Source: Candidatus Latescibacterota bacterium
GTDB lineage: Bacteria; Latescibacterota; UBA2968
Direction: 5' to 3'
DNA length: 64,000 nucleotides
Assembly (NCBI GenBank): GCA_965204375.1
Contig: OZ241986.1
Coordinates: 5,568,001-5,632,000, forward strand
Within the stretch, counting starts at the first letter, position 1. The number at the start of each line of letters is the position of its first letter. Positions 10,243-19,787 of this stretch are shown in pieces. Below the pieces are notes generated by a model, which was not told the origin of the DNA, searched no databases, and worked only from the letters and a program-made list of their open reading frames with translations. Both the position numbers and the translations under genes were made by a program.

Positions 10243-12444
10243 TTGAAATTCACACCTTCTATTCTAATGGTTGTGCTCTTCTTTTCTGTGATCGGCGCGT
10301 CGGATGAGACGCGTTTGCTCGAGGGATATGTTTTTGATCACAAGACCCAACGCACAATTGGCAATGTCGATATCAAAGTCGATGATGGCGCGGTGGGCAC
10401 GACAACCGATGAACGGGGCCGTTTTGTCTTGCGTCTGTCGGAGGGCGTTCATCGCCTGTCTTTTTTTCGTGTCGGCTATGGATTGGTGAGTCGGGAAGTG
10501 AGGATATCAGGTTCGAAACTTTCCATTCTGTACGTGGAAATGGTTGCCCAGGAAATTGTTATGGATACCATTGACGTGGTCGCTAAAAGTGTGGAAACGC
10601 GTTTTGAAGAATTGCACGAAGCCACGGGCGTGCTTTCTGGAGATGAACTTCAGAAGAAATACAGCCTCACGCTTGCCGAGACGATGAAAAACGAAATCGG
10701 TGTCGCCATCCGCAGCATGGGGCCTGCACCTGCTCGCCCTGTTATACGCGGCCTCAGTGGTGACCGTGTGCAGATCAATATAGATGGTATCGAGACCCAC
10801 GATCTCTCCGCGACCTCTGCCGATCACGCGGTTACTGTCGAGCCTTTTAATGCGGAACGCCTCGAAATTATCCGGGGACCGCGCACGCTGCTTCACACGG
10901 CATCGGCCATTGGCGGGGTTATCAATGTGGTGAAACAGAAGATTCCCGAAGACCATCCGCAGCGCGTTTTTGGCAGTGTTGGTGCTTATGGAGAGACGGC
11001 CAATCGGGGGTATCTCTCCGCCGCTGGAATCACAGTGCCCGTGGGGCCACTCGCGCTGTATGCCGAGACCACGTACCGCAATACCCGGGATGTGCAAACA
11101 CCCATTGGCAGGCTCGCCAATACGCCTATTGACACGCGTACGCTTCTGCTTGGTCTGTCATATCCCACTGACCGGGGGTATATCGGTGCTTCTTTTGATC
11201 AGTTTGATACCCAATACGGCATTCCCGGCGGATTTATTGGCGGGCATCCCAATGGCGTAGATCTGGATATTGATCGCCGGGTATTTGATGGCAAGGCAGC
11301 CTTCCATTTTGATCGCCAGATGCTCAGTAGTGTAGAGATGGATTTTACCAGGACCTTCTATCACCACTTCGAGTACGAATCCAGCGGCAGTATTGGGTCC
11401 GAGTTTTTGTTCCACGACTACCGCGGTGATCTCAAATTGCTTATGAATACACAGGGCCAGACGCGAAATACCGTTCTCGCTCTCGGCTTTGGTCATCACA
11501 ATCTCAAATTGGGGGGGTTTGTTTTTACGCCGCCCACGCGAGAGCAATGCGCTTCATTAGGTCTTTACCACGAATTTATCTATCGCGACATTGAATTTCA
11601 GGCTTCTGCGCGTTATATTTATACCGACTTTGATCCGCGTCCGAGTACAAGGAGTCTTGCGGCTCTCGGTGTAGATCGCACCTTTCACGCCTGGTCCGCG
11701 GCGATTAGTCCGCTTGTGACCATTACCGACCGGCTAATTGGCGGTTTCAATTTCAGTCGATCCCAGCGCGTGCCCAGGATTGAAGAGCTTTACAACCATG
11801 GGCCGCATCTGGCTGCGTACACTTTTGAGGTGGGCAATATCGATCTCGAGGCCGAGACGAGCCTGGGCTTTGAGGTCTTTTTTCACTATTTGCAACCGGG
11901 TGTCGATTTTGTTTTGAGCGGCTATTGGAACGAGTTTGATACTTATATTGCTCCGCGCAATACCGGAGAGATCAATTTTGCCCAACTTCTGCCGATTTAT
12001 GCTTCCGATGGTGTTGCCGCGCGATTTTTGGGTCTGGAGATGCATCTGGGGTGGCGTTTGAATACCCGTTTGAATTTGGAATTAGACGGTAGTTATGTGC
12101 GCGGTGAGAATAGGGATGAGCATTTGCCTTTGCCCGAGATGCCGCCGCTCAAGTTTGTCGGCAGTACGACATATCAGCATCCCTATCTTACGGTTGGCGG
12201 GACTGCGGAATTTGTCGCAGGACAGGAGCGCGTGGATATATTTGAAGATCCTACGGATGGCTATGCTGTTTTCGGTGTGTATGCCCGGCGCGACATTAAT
12301 ACCGATCATACCCGCCATAGTATTATTCTGTCTTTGGACAATCTTTTGGATACGGAATACCGCAACCATCTCTCTCGCATTCGGTCTGTGATGCCCGAAA
12401 CAGGACGGAGCGTTAAAGTGTATTACAAGATGTTTTTCTTTTAA
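10243..12444 (+). CDS. TonB-dependent receptor, ZnuD-like metal uptake
   Basis: TTG after GGAGG. Carboxypeptidase-like N-domain, plug RPVIRG...SADHAV, RGP..LL, NLLDTEYRNH, terminal Phe. Confidence 0.9.
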   Translation: MKFTPSILMVVLFFSVIGASDETRLLEGYVFDHKTQRTIGNVDIKVDDGAVGTTTDERGRFVLRLSEGVHRLSFFRVGYGLVSREVRISGSKLSILYVEMVAQEIVMDTIDVVAKSVETRFEELHEATGVLSGDELQKKYSLTLAETMKNEIGVAIRSMGPAPARPVIRGLSGDRVQINIDGIETHDLSATSADHAVTVEPFNAERLEIIRGPRTLLHTASAIGGVINVVKQKIPEDHPQRVFGSVGAYGETANRGYLSAAGITVPVGPLALYAETTYRNTRDVQTPIGRLANTPIDTRTLLLGLSYPTDRGYIGASFDQFDTQYGIPGGFIGGHPNGVDLDIDRRVFDGKAAFHFDRQMLSSVEMDFTRTFYHHFEYESSGSIGSEFLFHDYRGDLKLLMNTQGQTRNTVLALGFGHHNLKLGGFVFTPPTREQCASLGLYHEFIYRDIEFQASARYIYTDFDPRPSTRSLAALGVDRTFHAWSAAISPLVTITDRLIGGFNFSRSQRVPRIEELYNHGPHLAAYTFEVGNIDLEAETSLGFEVFFHYLQPGVDFVLSGYWNEFDTYIAPRNTGEINFAQLLPIYASDGVAARFLGLEMHLGWRLNTRLNLELDGSYVRGENRDEHLPLPEMPPLKFVGSTTYQHPYLTVGGTAEFVAGQERVDIFEDPTDGYAVFGVYARRDINTDHTRHSIILSLDNLLDTEYRNHLSRIRSVMPETGRSVKVYYKMFFF

Positions 12445-12476
12445 TTTAGGTCAGATATGTTGACCCTTTACCTAAC

Positions 12477-12515
12477 GCCCCAGATTAGCAGACTGATCTG
12501 GGGCTTGCTCTTTTT
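12477..12515 (+). terminator. Likely intrinsic terminator after TonB receptor
   Basis: GCCCCAGAT...ATCTGGGGC, then T-rich. Confidence 0.55.
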
Positions 12516-12574
12516 GAGGTCAAGCCCTATCTTTCCACGTTGCGAATTGTACGATTAAAATTAGGAGCCAGTAC

Positions 12575-13285
12575 ATGCATCATCCCACTGAATCAAAAGA
12601 AAAACTCGATATCCTCGAACACGGCGCGCCTGTTGATGGGGTGCCGCAAACGAGCGACCGGCGGCTTTACATGCAGTTGCAGGTTTTTACGGATGTCAGG
12701 GATGTCGATGCCGTATCTGAGGTGCTCGATCAAAGCGGTCTCGATGTCGCGCTCTATCTCGATGTGCACGATCCCTGCGGTATTGGTATTGTGTTTTTGA
12801 CGGAATCGCCGGATTTATTTGTGACTGATATTCGCGCGTTGCTCAATAGTGATCCATTTTTTGCCTTTACACGTCGTCCTGAACTCACGATGCTCGGGCG
12901 CACGTATGCCACGGGTTACGAGCCGGATCTCGAATACGCTCTTATTGCCCGACCGCGCGATAATGTGCTCAATTCCGAATGGCCCTGGGCGATCTGGTAC
13001 CCGCTGCGGCGCAATGGGGCTTTTGCTCGTCTCGATCACAGGGAACAGCGCAAAATTTTGATGGAGCACGCTTCTATTGGGCGCGCTTATGGACGCGAAG
13101 ATTATGCACACGATGTTCGCCTGGCCAGCTATGGTCTCGATGCCGATGATAATGATTTTGTCATTGGTTTGATCGGTGCAGAACTCTATCCGCTCTCTCG
13201 CGTTGTGCAAGATATGAGAAAAACCCAGCAAACCGCGCTTTATGTCGAGTCGCTGGGTCCTTTTTTTGTGGGGAAAAAACGATAA
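12575..13285 (+). CDS. Chlorite dismutase family protein / coproheme decarboxylase (HemQ/ChdC)
   Basis: YPLRR, MEH..IG, YGLD..D.DFVI, GPFFVG. Confidence 0.8.
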   Translation: MHHPTESKEKLDILEHGAPVDGVPQTSDRRLYMQLQVFTDVRDVDAVSEVLDQSGLDVALYLDVHDPCGIGIVFLTESPDLFVTDIRALLNSDPFFAFTRRPELTMLGRTYATGYEPDLEYALIARPRDNVLNSEWPWAIWYPLRRNGAFARLDHREQRKILMEHASIGRAYGREDYAHDVRLASYGLDADDNDFVIGLIGAELYPLSRVVQDMRKTQQTALYVESLGPFFVGKKR

Positions 13286-13303
13286 CTGTTAATAAGAGTT
13301 TCC

Positions 13304-14050
13304 TCACAACTTTTCCAAAATCACCTTGCGCATCGCGTATGCCATCAGGGGTGGACAACTTATGCCCAGGAGGGCGAGGATTCGATTGGTAGCACCTGGT
13401 ATGATCAGGTGCTTTTTCTTTTGTACGCCTCGAAAGATGTGGTGCGCCAATGTTTCGGGTGGCATGCGTTTTTCTTCGCGTGTGTTGTGCGGGCTGTGAC
13501 GCCGCGCATGGGCTGTGCGCGTTGGACCGGGAAAGACTGTCATGACGTGAATATTCTGCGGCGCGAGAGCGATGGATAAACTGCGTGCGTAGGAGGCCAA
13601 TCCGCTTTTGGTCGCGGCATAAGTTGCAGCACCCGGATAGCTCGTGTAGTGGGAGAGGGAGGAGATGAAGACTATGGACGCGCCTTTTGCTATCAGGTCA
13701 GCATTTAGCAATGCTGCGGTGAGTAACATAGGTGCGTAGAAGTTTACTGCGACCACCTGTTCGTGATTTTCTATGTTTATATCGAAAAACCGCCCCACGG
13801 CGTTGATGCCGGCGTTGTGTATCAATACGTCAATGGCTTTGCCCTGGGTCAGTTCGGGGAGAGCACGGGCGATGTCCGCTTCTGAGCGCAGGTCTGTGAT
13901 GACAAATCGCGCATCCAATTCCCGCTCAACTATTGCCGCGCCCGCGGCATCTATATCAATGCCTGTGATGGCATATCCTTCCTGTGCAAGACGATGGGCG
14001 AGTGCTTTGCCGATTCCATGCGCCGCGCCTGTGATGACCGCGTGTTTCAC
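13304..14050 (-). CDS. Short-chain dehydrogenase/reductase
   Basis: TGAAHGIG, NAG, YAATK. GTG start overlaps the upstream SDR stop. Confidence 0.9.
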   Translation of the reverse strand: MKHAVITGAAHGIGKALAHRLAQEGYAITGIDIDAAGAAIVERELDARFVITDLRSEADIARALPELTQGKAIDVLIHNAGINAVGRFFDINIENHEQVVAVNFYAPMLLTAALLNADLIAKGASIVFISSLSHYTSYPGAATYAATKSGLASYARSLSIALAPQNIHVMTVFPGPTRTAHARRHSPHNTREEKRMPPETLAHHIFRGVQKKKHLIIPGATNRILALLGISCPPLMAYAMRKVILEKL

Positions 14051-14781
14051 GTTGCTCGCACTATGGCGTTGACTATGCCTTCGCAATAGCGTCCCAAAAA
14101 TCGCGCCCATGCATTTCCCCATCCAATTGTCGCGATAAAACGCCGTCCATCTATCGCTTGTGTGATTTTTTGGGCGACCCTTTCTGCTGACGGAAATCCC
14201 TTTGTCTTTTCGTTGTCCATGCCAATTTTTCGATGCAATCCCGTGCGCGTCGCTCCCGGGTGAATGATTTGTACATTTATGTCGCCCTCGATTTGTAGAT
14301 TGCGCCCCAGGGTGTTAAGTGCTTCTTTGCTCGCTGCGTACACGGCGTAATCCGGACAGGGAAAGGCATGTGTGATTGAGCCGATCAGTACGAGTTTTCC
14401 ATTGGTTTTTTTCAGGTATGGCATCAGGGCGTGTGTCAAGCGCAAGGGTGCCATCAGGTTGACTGCTGCGATCTCTCGAATGCTTTCCGCACTTTGTTCT
14501 GCGATGGTTCCAAAATATCCGGTGCCAGCATTTTGAATCGCCAGGTCTATGGCGTCGATTTTTTGCGCGTTCAGAAATTCACATACCCGTTCTGCACACT
14601 TGTCCTGCGATAGGTCTGCACGACAATATGTGTCTTTGGTGTACAACGCATCATTGAGTGTGTCCAGTGTGCGTCTGCCCACCAGTACTAGCCTATCTTC
14701 TCGCGTCCGATAGATTTTTGCAAGTGCCCGGCCAATCCCGTCTGTTGCGCCAGTGATTAAGACTGTTTTTTTAGATTGCAT
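14047..14781 (-). CDS. Short-chain dehydrogenase/reductase
   Basis: TGATDGIG, NAG, YAASK. Confidence 0.9.
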   Translation of the reverse strand: MQSKKTVLITGATDGIGRALAKIYRTREDRLVLVGRRTLDTLNDALYTKDTYCRADLSQDKCAERVCEFLNAQKIDAIDLAIQNAGTGYFGTIAEQSAESIREIAAVNLMAPLRLTHALMPYLKKTNGKLVLIGSITHAFPCPDYAVYAASKEALNTLGRNLQIEGDINVQIIHPGATRTGLHRKIGMDNEKTKGFPSAERVAQKITQAIDGRRFIATIGWGNAWARFLGRYCEGIVNAIVRAT

Positions 14782-14787
14782 TTGCTC

Positions 14788-14816
14788 TTGACGCCTTTCT
14801 TTCTGTCATGTACTAT
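14788..14816 (+). promoter_or_regulatory. sigma70-type promoter candidate
   Basis: TTGACG-17 bp-TACTAT. Confidence 0.5.
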
Positions 14817-14843
14817 GCTCCTAACTTAACACAGGAGTTCCAC

Positions 14844-16055
14844 ATGATCCAGCGTCTTGAGACCCTTTATTACCAGTGTTTGCGTCATATCGAACAGGAT
14901 CTCGCGCCTTTTCACATGCTGGTTGGTGCGAATGGCAGCGGTAAAACGACTTTTCTCGACGCGATTGCGTTTCTCGGAGATTTTGTGCGCGATGGCCTCG
15001 ATGCAGCGATTTACAGTCGGGCGAATGATTTGCGCGATTTGACCTGGCACGGCTTTGCAGATCGATTTGAAATTGCTGTTGAATTGTCCGTGCCCGCGCA
15101 CGAATCCAATCTGTTTTCCGATCGGGATTTTTCGCGGTGCCGATACGAAGTCGCCATTGGCGCAACCGAAGAAGACAGTGATGTCGAGATTCTGTCCGAG
15201 CGGGTGCTTTTGCTCACAGATATTCAGCGAGATGATCGCGCTGTTCAAGAATCGCTCTTTGCCGTAGAAGGCCCCACACCGCAAACTCTGGCGACGCCCA
15301 GGCTGCGCGGCGTCAAAACCATTGTCAATAAAGTGCCCGGTGGTAATGATAAATTTTACGATGAATCCGGTGCGGGATGGGATCCTTCTTTTAAGCTCGG
15401 TGCGAGGCGTTCCGCATTGGGCAATTTGCCCGAGGATGAAACGCGTTTCCCCGTCGCTACATGGCTTAAACACACGCTTTCAAATAGTATTTGCAAATTC
15501 GATCTCAACGGAGAACGCATTCGCCGCCCCAGTCCGCCAGGACAACCGCATAATCTGTTGTCCGATGGTGCCAATCTGCCCTGGGTGGTCGCTGCCCTGA
15601 AGGAAAATGAGCCGGATATCTATGCTGCTTGGCTAAAGCTTTTGCGCACTGTTTTGCCGGGTTTATCGGCTGTTTACACGGTTGTGCGTCCCGAAGATCA
15701 GCACTGTTATCTCGTGGTTAAGCACCACAATGATCTCGAAACACCGTCGTGGATGTTGTCCGATGGGACCCTGCGATTGCTGGCTCTAACATTGTTGGCT
15801 TATGTGCCCGATGGCGATGGGATATGTTTGCTCGAAGTCCCGGAGAATGGTCTCCATTCTGGCGCAGTAGAAGCGGTTTTCAAAGCATTCAGTGCTGTAG
15901 CACAGCACGAGGACAAGACGCGTGCCCAAATTTTGACCACTACGCATTCGCCCGTTGTTCTCGACCTGGCTGATCCCGAGCAATTGCTCTGTTTTGTGAC
16001 CACTAAAACAGGTGCTACGGAAATTGTATCGGGGAGTGACAGAGAGTCGAATTGA
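14844..16055 (+). CDS. AAA_21/ABC-type ATPase (MAD3-like, stand-alone)
   Basis: GANGSGKT, LSDGTLR, variant Walker B LLEVPENGLH, TTHSP. Confidence 0.8.
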   Translation: MIQRLETLYYQCLRHIEQDLAPFHMLVGANGSGKTTFLDAIAFLGDFVRDGLDAAIYSRANDLRDLTWHGFADRFEIAVELSVPAHESNLFSDRDFSRCRYEVAIGATEEDSDVEILSERVLLLTDIQRDDRAVQESLFAVEGPTPQTLATPRLRGVKTIVNKVPGGNDKFYDESGAGWDPSFKLGARRSALGNLPEDETRFPVATWLKHTLSNSICKFDLNGERIRRPSPPGQPHNLLSDGANLPWVVAALKENEPDIYAAWLKLLRTVLPGLSAVYTVVRPEDQHCYLVVKHHNDLETPSWMLSDGTLRLLALTLLAYVPDGDGICLLEVPENGLHSGAVEAVFKAFSAVAQHEDKTRAQILTTTHSPVVLDLADPEQLLCFVTTKTGATEIVSGSDRESN

Positions 16056-16061
16056 TGGCTG

Positions 16062-16090
16062 TTGACATATATGTAGTCTCCCGTTATATT
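16062..16090 (+). promoter_or_regulatory. sigma70 promoter for the riboswitch-purH transcript
   Basis: TTGACA-17 bp-TATATT just upstream of the aptamer. Confidence 0.7.
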
Positions 16091-16104
16091 GATTCTACCA
16101 ATAG

Positions 16105-16187
16105 TATCTGACGCAACTGGCGAATATCCGGAAATAACCGGAGGGGAGCGTTAGAAACAAATATTCAAGGGGTCGATCGCCTGGGCT
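16105..16187 (+). ncRNA. ZMP/ZTP (pfl) riboswitch
   Basis: P1 TCTGACGC/GCGTTAGA, ACTGGCGAA, P2 TCCGG/CCGGA, GGGGAGCG, A-rich linker, 3' CGCCTGGGC. Upstream of AICAR transformylase. Confidence 0.92.
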
Positions 16188-16215
16188 CAATCCGTTAGAG
16201 GATTGGGCTTTTTTT
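16185..16215 (+). terminator. Riboswitch expression-platform terminator
   Basis: GCTCAATCC-GTTAGA-GGATTGGGC-TTTTTTT, overlapping the aptamer 3' end. Confidence 0.85.
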
Positions 16216-16238
16216 ATTATTTCCCAAAGGATTGTCTT

Positions 16239-17414
16239 ATGTCTCAAGATGGACTGATTCTTCGTTATGGTTGCAATCCGCATCAATCCGATGCGCGTGC
16301 GTACTCTCCCAGCGGCAAACTACCCTTCGCGGTGCTCAATGGCACGCCGGGTTATATCAATCTGCTCGATGCGCTCAATTCCTGGCAACTCGTGCGCGAG
16401 CTTAAAGAGGTGCTCAATCTGCCAGCAGCTGCCTCTTTTAAGCACTTAAGCCCTGCTGGTGCGGCTGTTGCCGTTCCCATGTCTGGCGCTTTGCAAAGGG
16501 CGTATTTTGTCGATGATCTCGATCTTTCGCCTGTGGCTACGGCTTATGCCCGCGCGCGGGGTGCGGATAGGCTCTCTTCATTTGGCGATTGGGTGGCTTT
16601 AAGCGATGAGGTGGATCAATCGACTGCGCGCTTGCTCAGCCGCGAAGTGTCCGATGGCATTATTGCTCCGGGGTATCAACCAGAGGCGTTCGATGTTCTC
16701 AAGAAGAAAAAAGGCGGCAGTTATCCCATTCTCGAGATGGATGAATCGTACGCGCCTGCTGGTCCGGAAACCCGCGATGTTTTCGGTGTTGTTCTGGAAC
16801 AGACGCGCAATACCAAAGCCATTAATACAGACATTTTTACGAATATTGTGACTGAGAATAGAGAGGTTTCTCCCGAAGCAGAGCGCGATATGCTCGTGGC
16901 GACTATTGCTCTGAAGTACACGCAATCCAATTCGATGTGTTTTGCCTTTGATGGACAGGTGATCGGAAATGGCGCTGGGCAGCAAAATCGTCTGGCGTGT
17001 ACGGATATTGCTGCGGGTAAGGCCGAGGCGTGGTACCTGCGCCAGCACCCGGATATTCTCAATTTCAAATTTAGAAGAGGTCTAAAACGCCCTGAAAAAA
17101 TCAATGCTATTGAAGCTTTTTTGCGCGGCAATATGACCGATGAGGAACGTCGAATATGGGAGGGTTGTTTCGATACTGTGCCTTCTCCTCTGGGCGATGA
17201 TGCGCGGCGAGATTGGATTGGACAGATGGACGAGATTGTGCTCAGTTCCGATGCGTTTATTCCCTTTCGAGATAATATTGATCGCGCCGCTCGCACGGGT
17301 GTCAAATACGTGGTTGAGACCGGGGGTTCGGTGCGCGACGACGATGTTATCGCAGCCTGTGATGAATACGGTATGCTTCTGGTTGTGACCGGGGTGCGTT
17401 TGTTCCACCATTAA
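16239..17414 (+). CDS. purH: AICAR transformylase (PurH formyltransferase domain only)
   Basis: Begins LRYGCNPHQ. SFKH, SSFG, KYTQSNS, SDAFIPF, GGSVRD, RLFHH. No N-terminal IMP cyclohydrolase domain. Confidence 0.92.
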   Translation: MSQDGLILRYGCNPHQSDARAYSPSGKLPFAVLNGTPGYINLLDALNSWQLVRELKEVLNLPAAASFKHLSPAGAAVAVPMSGALQRAYFVDDLDLSPVATAYARARGADRLSSFGDWVALSDEVDQSTARLLSREVSDGIIAPGYQPEAFDVLKKKKGGSYPILEMDESYAPAGPETRDVFGVVLEQTRNTKAINTDIFTNIVTENREVSPEAERDMLVATIALKYTQSNSMCFAFDGQVIGNGAGQQNRLACTDIAAGKAEAWYLRQHPDILNFKFRRGLKRPEKINAIEAFLRGNMTDEERRIWEGCFDTVPSPLGDDARRDWIGQMDEIVLSSDAFIPFRDNIDRAARTGVKYVVETGGSVRDDDVIAACDEYGMLLVVTGVRLFHH

Positions 17415-17429
17415 GCCCACTGATTACCA

Positions 17430-17518
17430 AACCTTAACGTAACGTCAAAGTTTTTTGTTGACATTGATGTTGTGTTGAGGTATATTTTTTCGTCCAACTT
17501 TAACGTAACGTCAAAGTT
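17430..17518 (+). promoter_or_regulatory. Promoter flanked by two 23-bp palindromic MerR-type boxes
   Basis: AACCTTAACGTAACGTCAAAGTT (17430-52) and AACTTTAACGTAACGTCAAAGTT (17496-518). TTGACA(17458)-17 bp-TATATT lies between them. Confidence 0.8.
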
Positions 17519-17553
17519 TGTCTGTTTCGCTTATAGAAACGAGGTGATTTGTT

Positions 17554-18060
17554 GTGTCAAAATGCGATGATGGTTTGATGCATATTGGGAAATTGGCGAA
17601 AGAAGCCGGTACGACCACTCGCACAGTGCGCTATTACGAAGAGATGGGTCTGATATATCCCGAATGTCGAAGTAGCGGCGGTTTTCGATGTTATTCCCAC
17701 GAGCAACTGACGCGGTTGCGCATGATTTTGAGTCTTAAAGAGATGGAATTTGATCTCGAACACATCAAGGTCATTATTGACAAGCGAGAGCAAAACAAAA
17801 CTGCAGGTGAACTCGCGCATGATATTCTCGAAGATCTCAATGAACGTCTTCGTGAAGTTGAAGAACAGATTGAACACTACAAGCATATACGCGAAACGCT
17901 GACCCAAACTATAGCCAGTATCTGCGCGTGTTTGCCCTGTGATCTCAGAGTTGAAGAGCGTCTCTGTCCAGCGTGTCAAACGTTCAACCAACCGACGTGT
18001 CAGTCCGTACCATTTTTTCACTCTACATCAACTACCGAGACACTGGAATTAAAGCTATGA
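17554..18060 (+). CDS. MerR family regulator with C-terminal Cys cluster
   Basis: IGKLAK...RTVRYYE.MGL, GGFRCY; CACLPC...CPAC...C. Confidence 0.92.
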   Translation: MSKCDDGLMHIGKLAKEAGTTTRTVRYYEEMGLIYPECRSSGGFRCYSHEQLTRLRMILSLKEMEFDLEHIKVIIDKREQNKTAGELAHDILEDLNERLREVEEQIEHYKHIRETLTQTIASICACLPCDLRVEERLCPACQTFNQPTCQSVPFFHSTSTTETLELKL

Positions 18061-18935
18061 AAAAAGAATTAAAAAAATCAGCAGAATCCTTAACTGGAAG
18101 CGATTCTCCTTCTCAGGCTCAACGCCAGCTTACAGATCTTTATTTGCGCGATATTCGCAAATATACCCCTCTTTCCCGCGAGGACGAAGTCAAAGCCATA
18201 AATGCCGCGCGCAAGGGCGATCAAAAGGCGCTGGATCACCTCATTACAGCCAATTTGCGCTTTGTTGTGCGCGTGGCTGGCGAATACACGGGGCGCGGGT
18301 TGCCCCTATCCGATCTCATTGCCGAGGGCAATATGGGGCTTATACGCGCTACTCAGACCTATGATCCTGAGCGCGGGTACAAATTTATCACTTATGCGGT
18401 TTGGTGGATTCGCCAGGCGATTCTCTCTGCTCTCAATCGTCAGACGCATCCGGTCGCGTTTCCGGTCAATCAAATAGATGATCGCGATATGCTCAATAAA
18501 GTGTTTGCCGCACTTTCACAAGAATACGGTCGCGTTCCCACGATTGACGAGTTGGCTTCAGAAGCCGATTTTTCAACCCGACGGGTGCATAAGGCGCTTC
18601 AAACGAGCCGTGCTTCTGTTTCGCTCGACGAGCCGGTATATGAAGATGGGGACCGTCAGTTTGCCGATGTTGTTCCCGATGATGCGCCCCAGCCAGATGA
18701 GGATGTGCATGCCAGCCGATTGCGCGATCTTTTGCACAAGGGTCTGGCCGATTTGCCCGAGCGCGAAGCCGAGATTATCAATCGCTATTTTGGCCTGGAT
18801 GTCGATAACGCGGAATCGCTGGAGCAAGTGGGTAAGCGTTTTCACATTAGCCGCGAGCGCGTGCGCCAGCTCAAAGACCGCGCGCTTGGGCGGTTGCGCG
18901 AGCATATGGACATAGAAGAAGAAGTTGTACTATAG
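18057..18935 (+). CDS. sigma70-family (RpoD/SigA-like, no region 1.1) sigma factor
   Basis: YLRDI, NLRFVV, DLIAEGNMGL, YAVWWIRQ, SRERVRQ. ATGA overlap with merR. Confidence 0.93.
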   Translation: MKKELKKSAESLTGSDSPSQAQRQLTDLYLRDIRKYTPLSREDEVKAINAARKGDQKALDHLITANLRFVVRVAGEYTGRGLPLSDLIAEGNMGLIRATQTYDPERGYKFITYAVWWIRQAILSALNRQTHPVAFPVNQIDDRDMLNKVFAALSQEYGRVPTIDELASEADFSTRRVHKALQTSRASVSLDEPVYEDGDRQFADVVPDDAPQPDEDVHASRLRDLLHKGLADLPEREAEIINRYFGLDVDNAESLEQVGKRFHISRERVRQLKDRALGRLREHMDIEEEVVL

Positions 18936-18946
18936 AGGAGTAATAG

Positions 18947-19777
18947 ATGATTATTGATACGCATATCCATATTTACGATCCCACTCGTCCAGAGGGTGTG
19001 CCTTTTCCCGAGCCGGATGACGAGATTTATCGCCGCGTTATGCCCGAAGACTACAGAGCACTGGTCGCGTCTGAAGGTGTTACGGGGGCTATTATTGTCG
19101 AGGCGAGTACATGGGTTGAAGACAACCAATGGGTGCTCGATGTGATCGAGGATGATCCGTTTATCGTGGGGCTGGTTGGCAATCTCGATCCGCGCGCTGA
19201 GGATTTTGGCGATCATCTCAATCGCCTGTCTCCCAATCCGCTCTTTTTGGGTATTCGCCCGCGCACCCATCCCTGGGAGCGCGAAGATTTGGGCAAGATG
19301 GCGGGGGCTTTTGAAAAGCTCGTCGAACACGATCTCGAACTCGATTCTGGGATCAATGATGCGGTTATCGAAATCGCGCGTCGGTTGCCCGATCTCCGCA
19401 TTGTGATCAATCACTGCGGCAATGTTCCGGCAGATGGCAATCCCATTGCGCCCGAGCATTTGGAGCTTATGCAAAAAGCTGCGGAACAGCCGAATATTTT
19501 TTGTAAGGTGTCGGGTTTGATGGATTTGCGCTGCCAGGTTATTCCGGCGCCCACAGATCCCGATTTTTATGTCTATTTGCTCGACGCGCTCTGGCATCTT
19601 TTTGGTGAAGATCGCGTGATTTACGGCAGTGATTGGCCGGTTCTCGAACGCAGCAAGCGCACCCCTGCTGAGGCGCAACGCCTCGTGTATGATTATTTTT
19701 CTCAAAAGGGTGACGCGGTGCTGGAGAAGTATTTTTGGAAGAATGCAAAGGTCGCGTATAAATGGCCGGATAGATGA
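18947..19777 (+). CDS. Amidohydrolase_2 family (sugar-lactonase-like)
   Basis: IDTHIH, VINHCG, KVSG, GSDWPV. Confidence 0.88.
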   Translation: MIIDTHIHIYDPTRPEGVPFPEPDDEIYRRVMPEDYRALVASEGVTGAIIVEASTWVEDNQWVLDVIEDDPFIVGLVGNLDPRAEDFGDHLNRLSPNPLFLGIRPRTHPWEREDLGKMAGAFEKLVEHDLELDSGINDAVIEIARRLPDLRIVINHCGNVPADGNPIAPEHLELMQKAAEQPNIFCKVSGLMDLRCQVIPAPTDPDFYVYLLDALWHLFGEDRVIYGSDWPVLERSKRTPAEAQRLVYDYFSQKGDAVLEKYFWKNAKVAYKWPDR

Positions 19778-19787
19778 GGTACGAACT

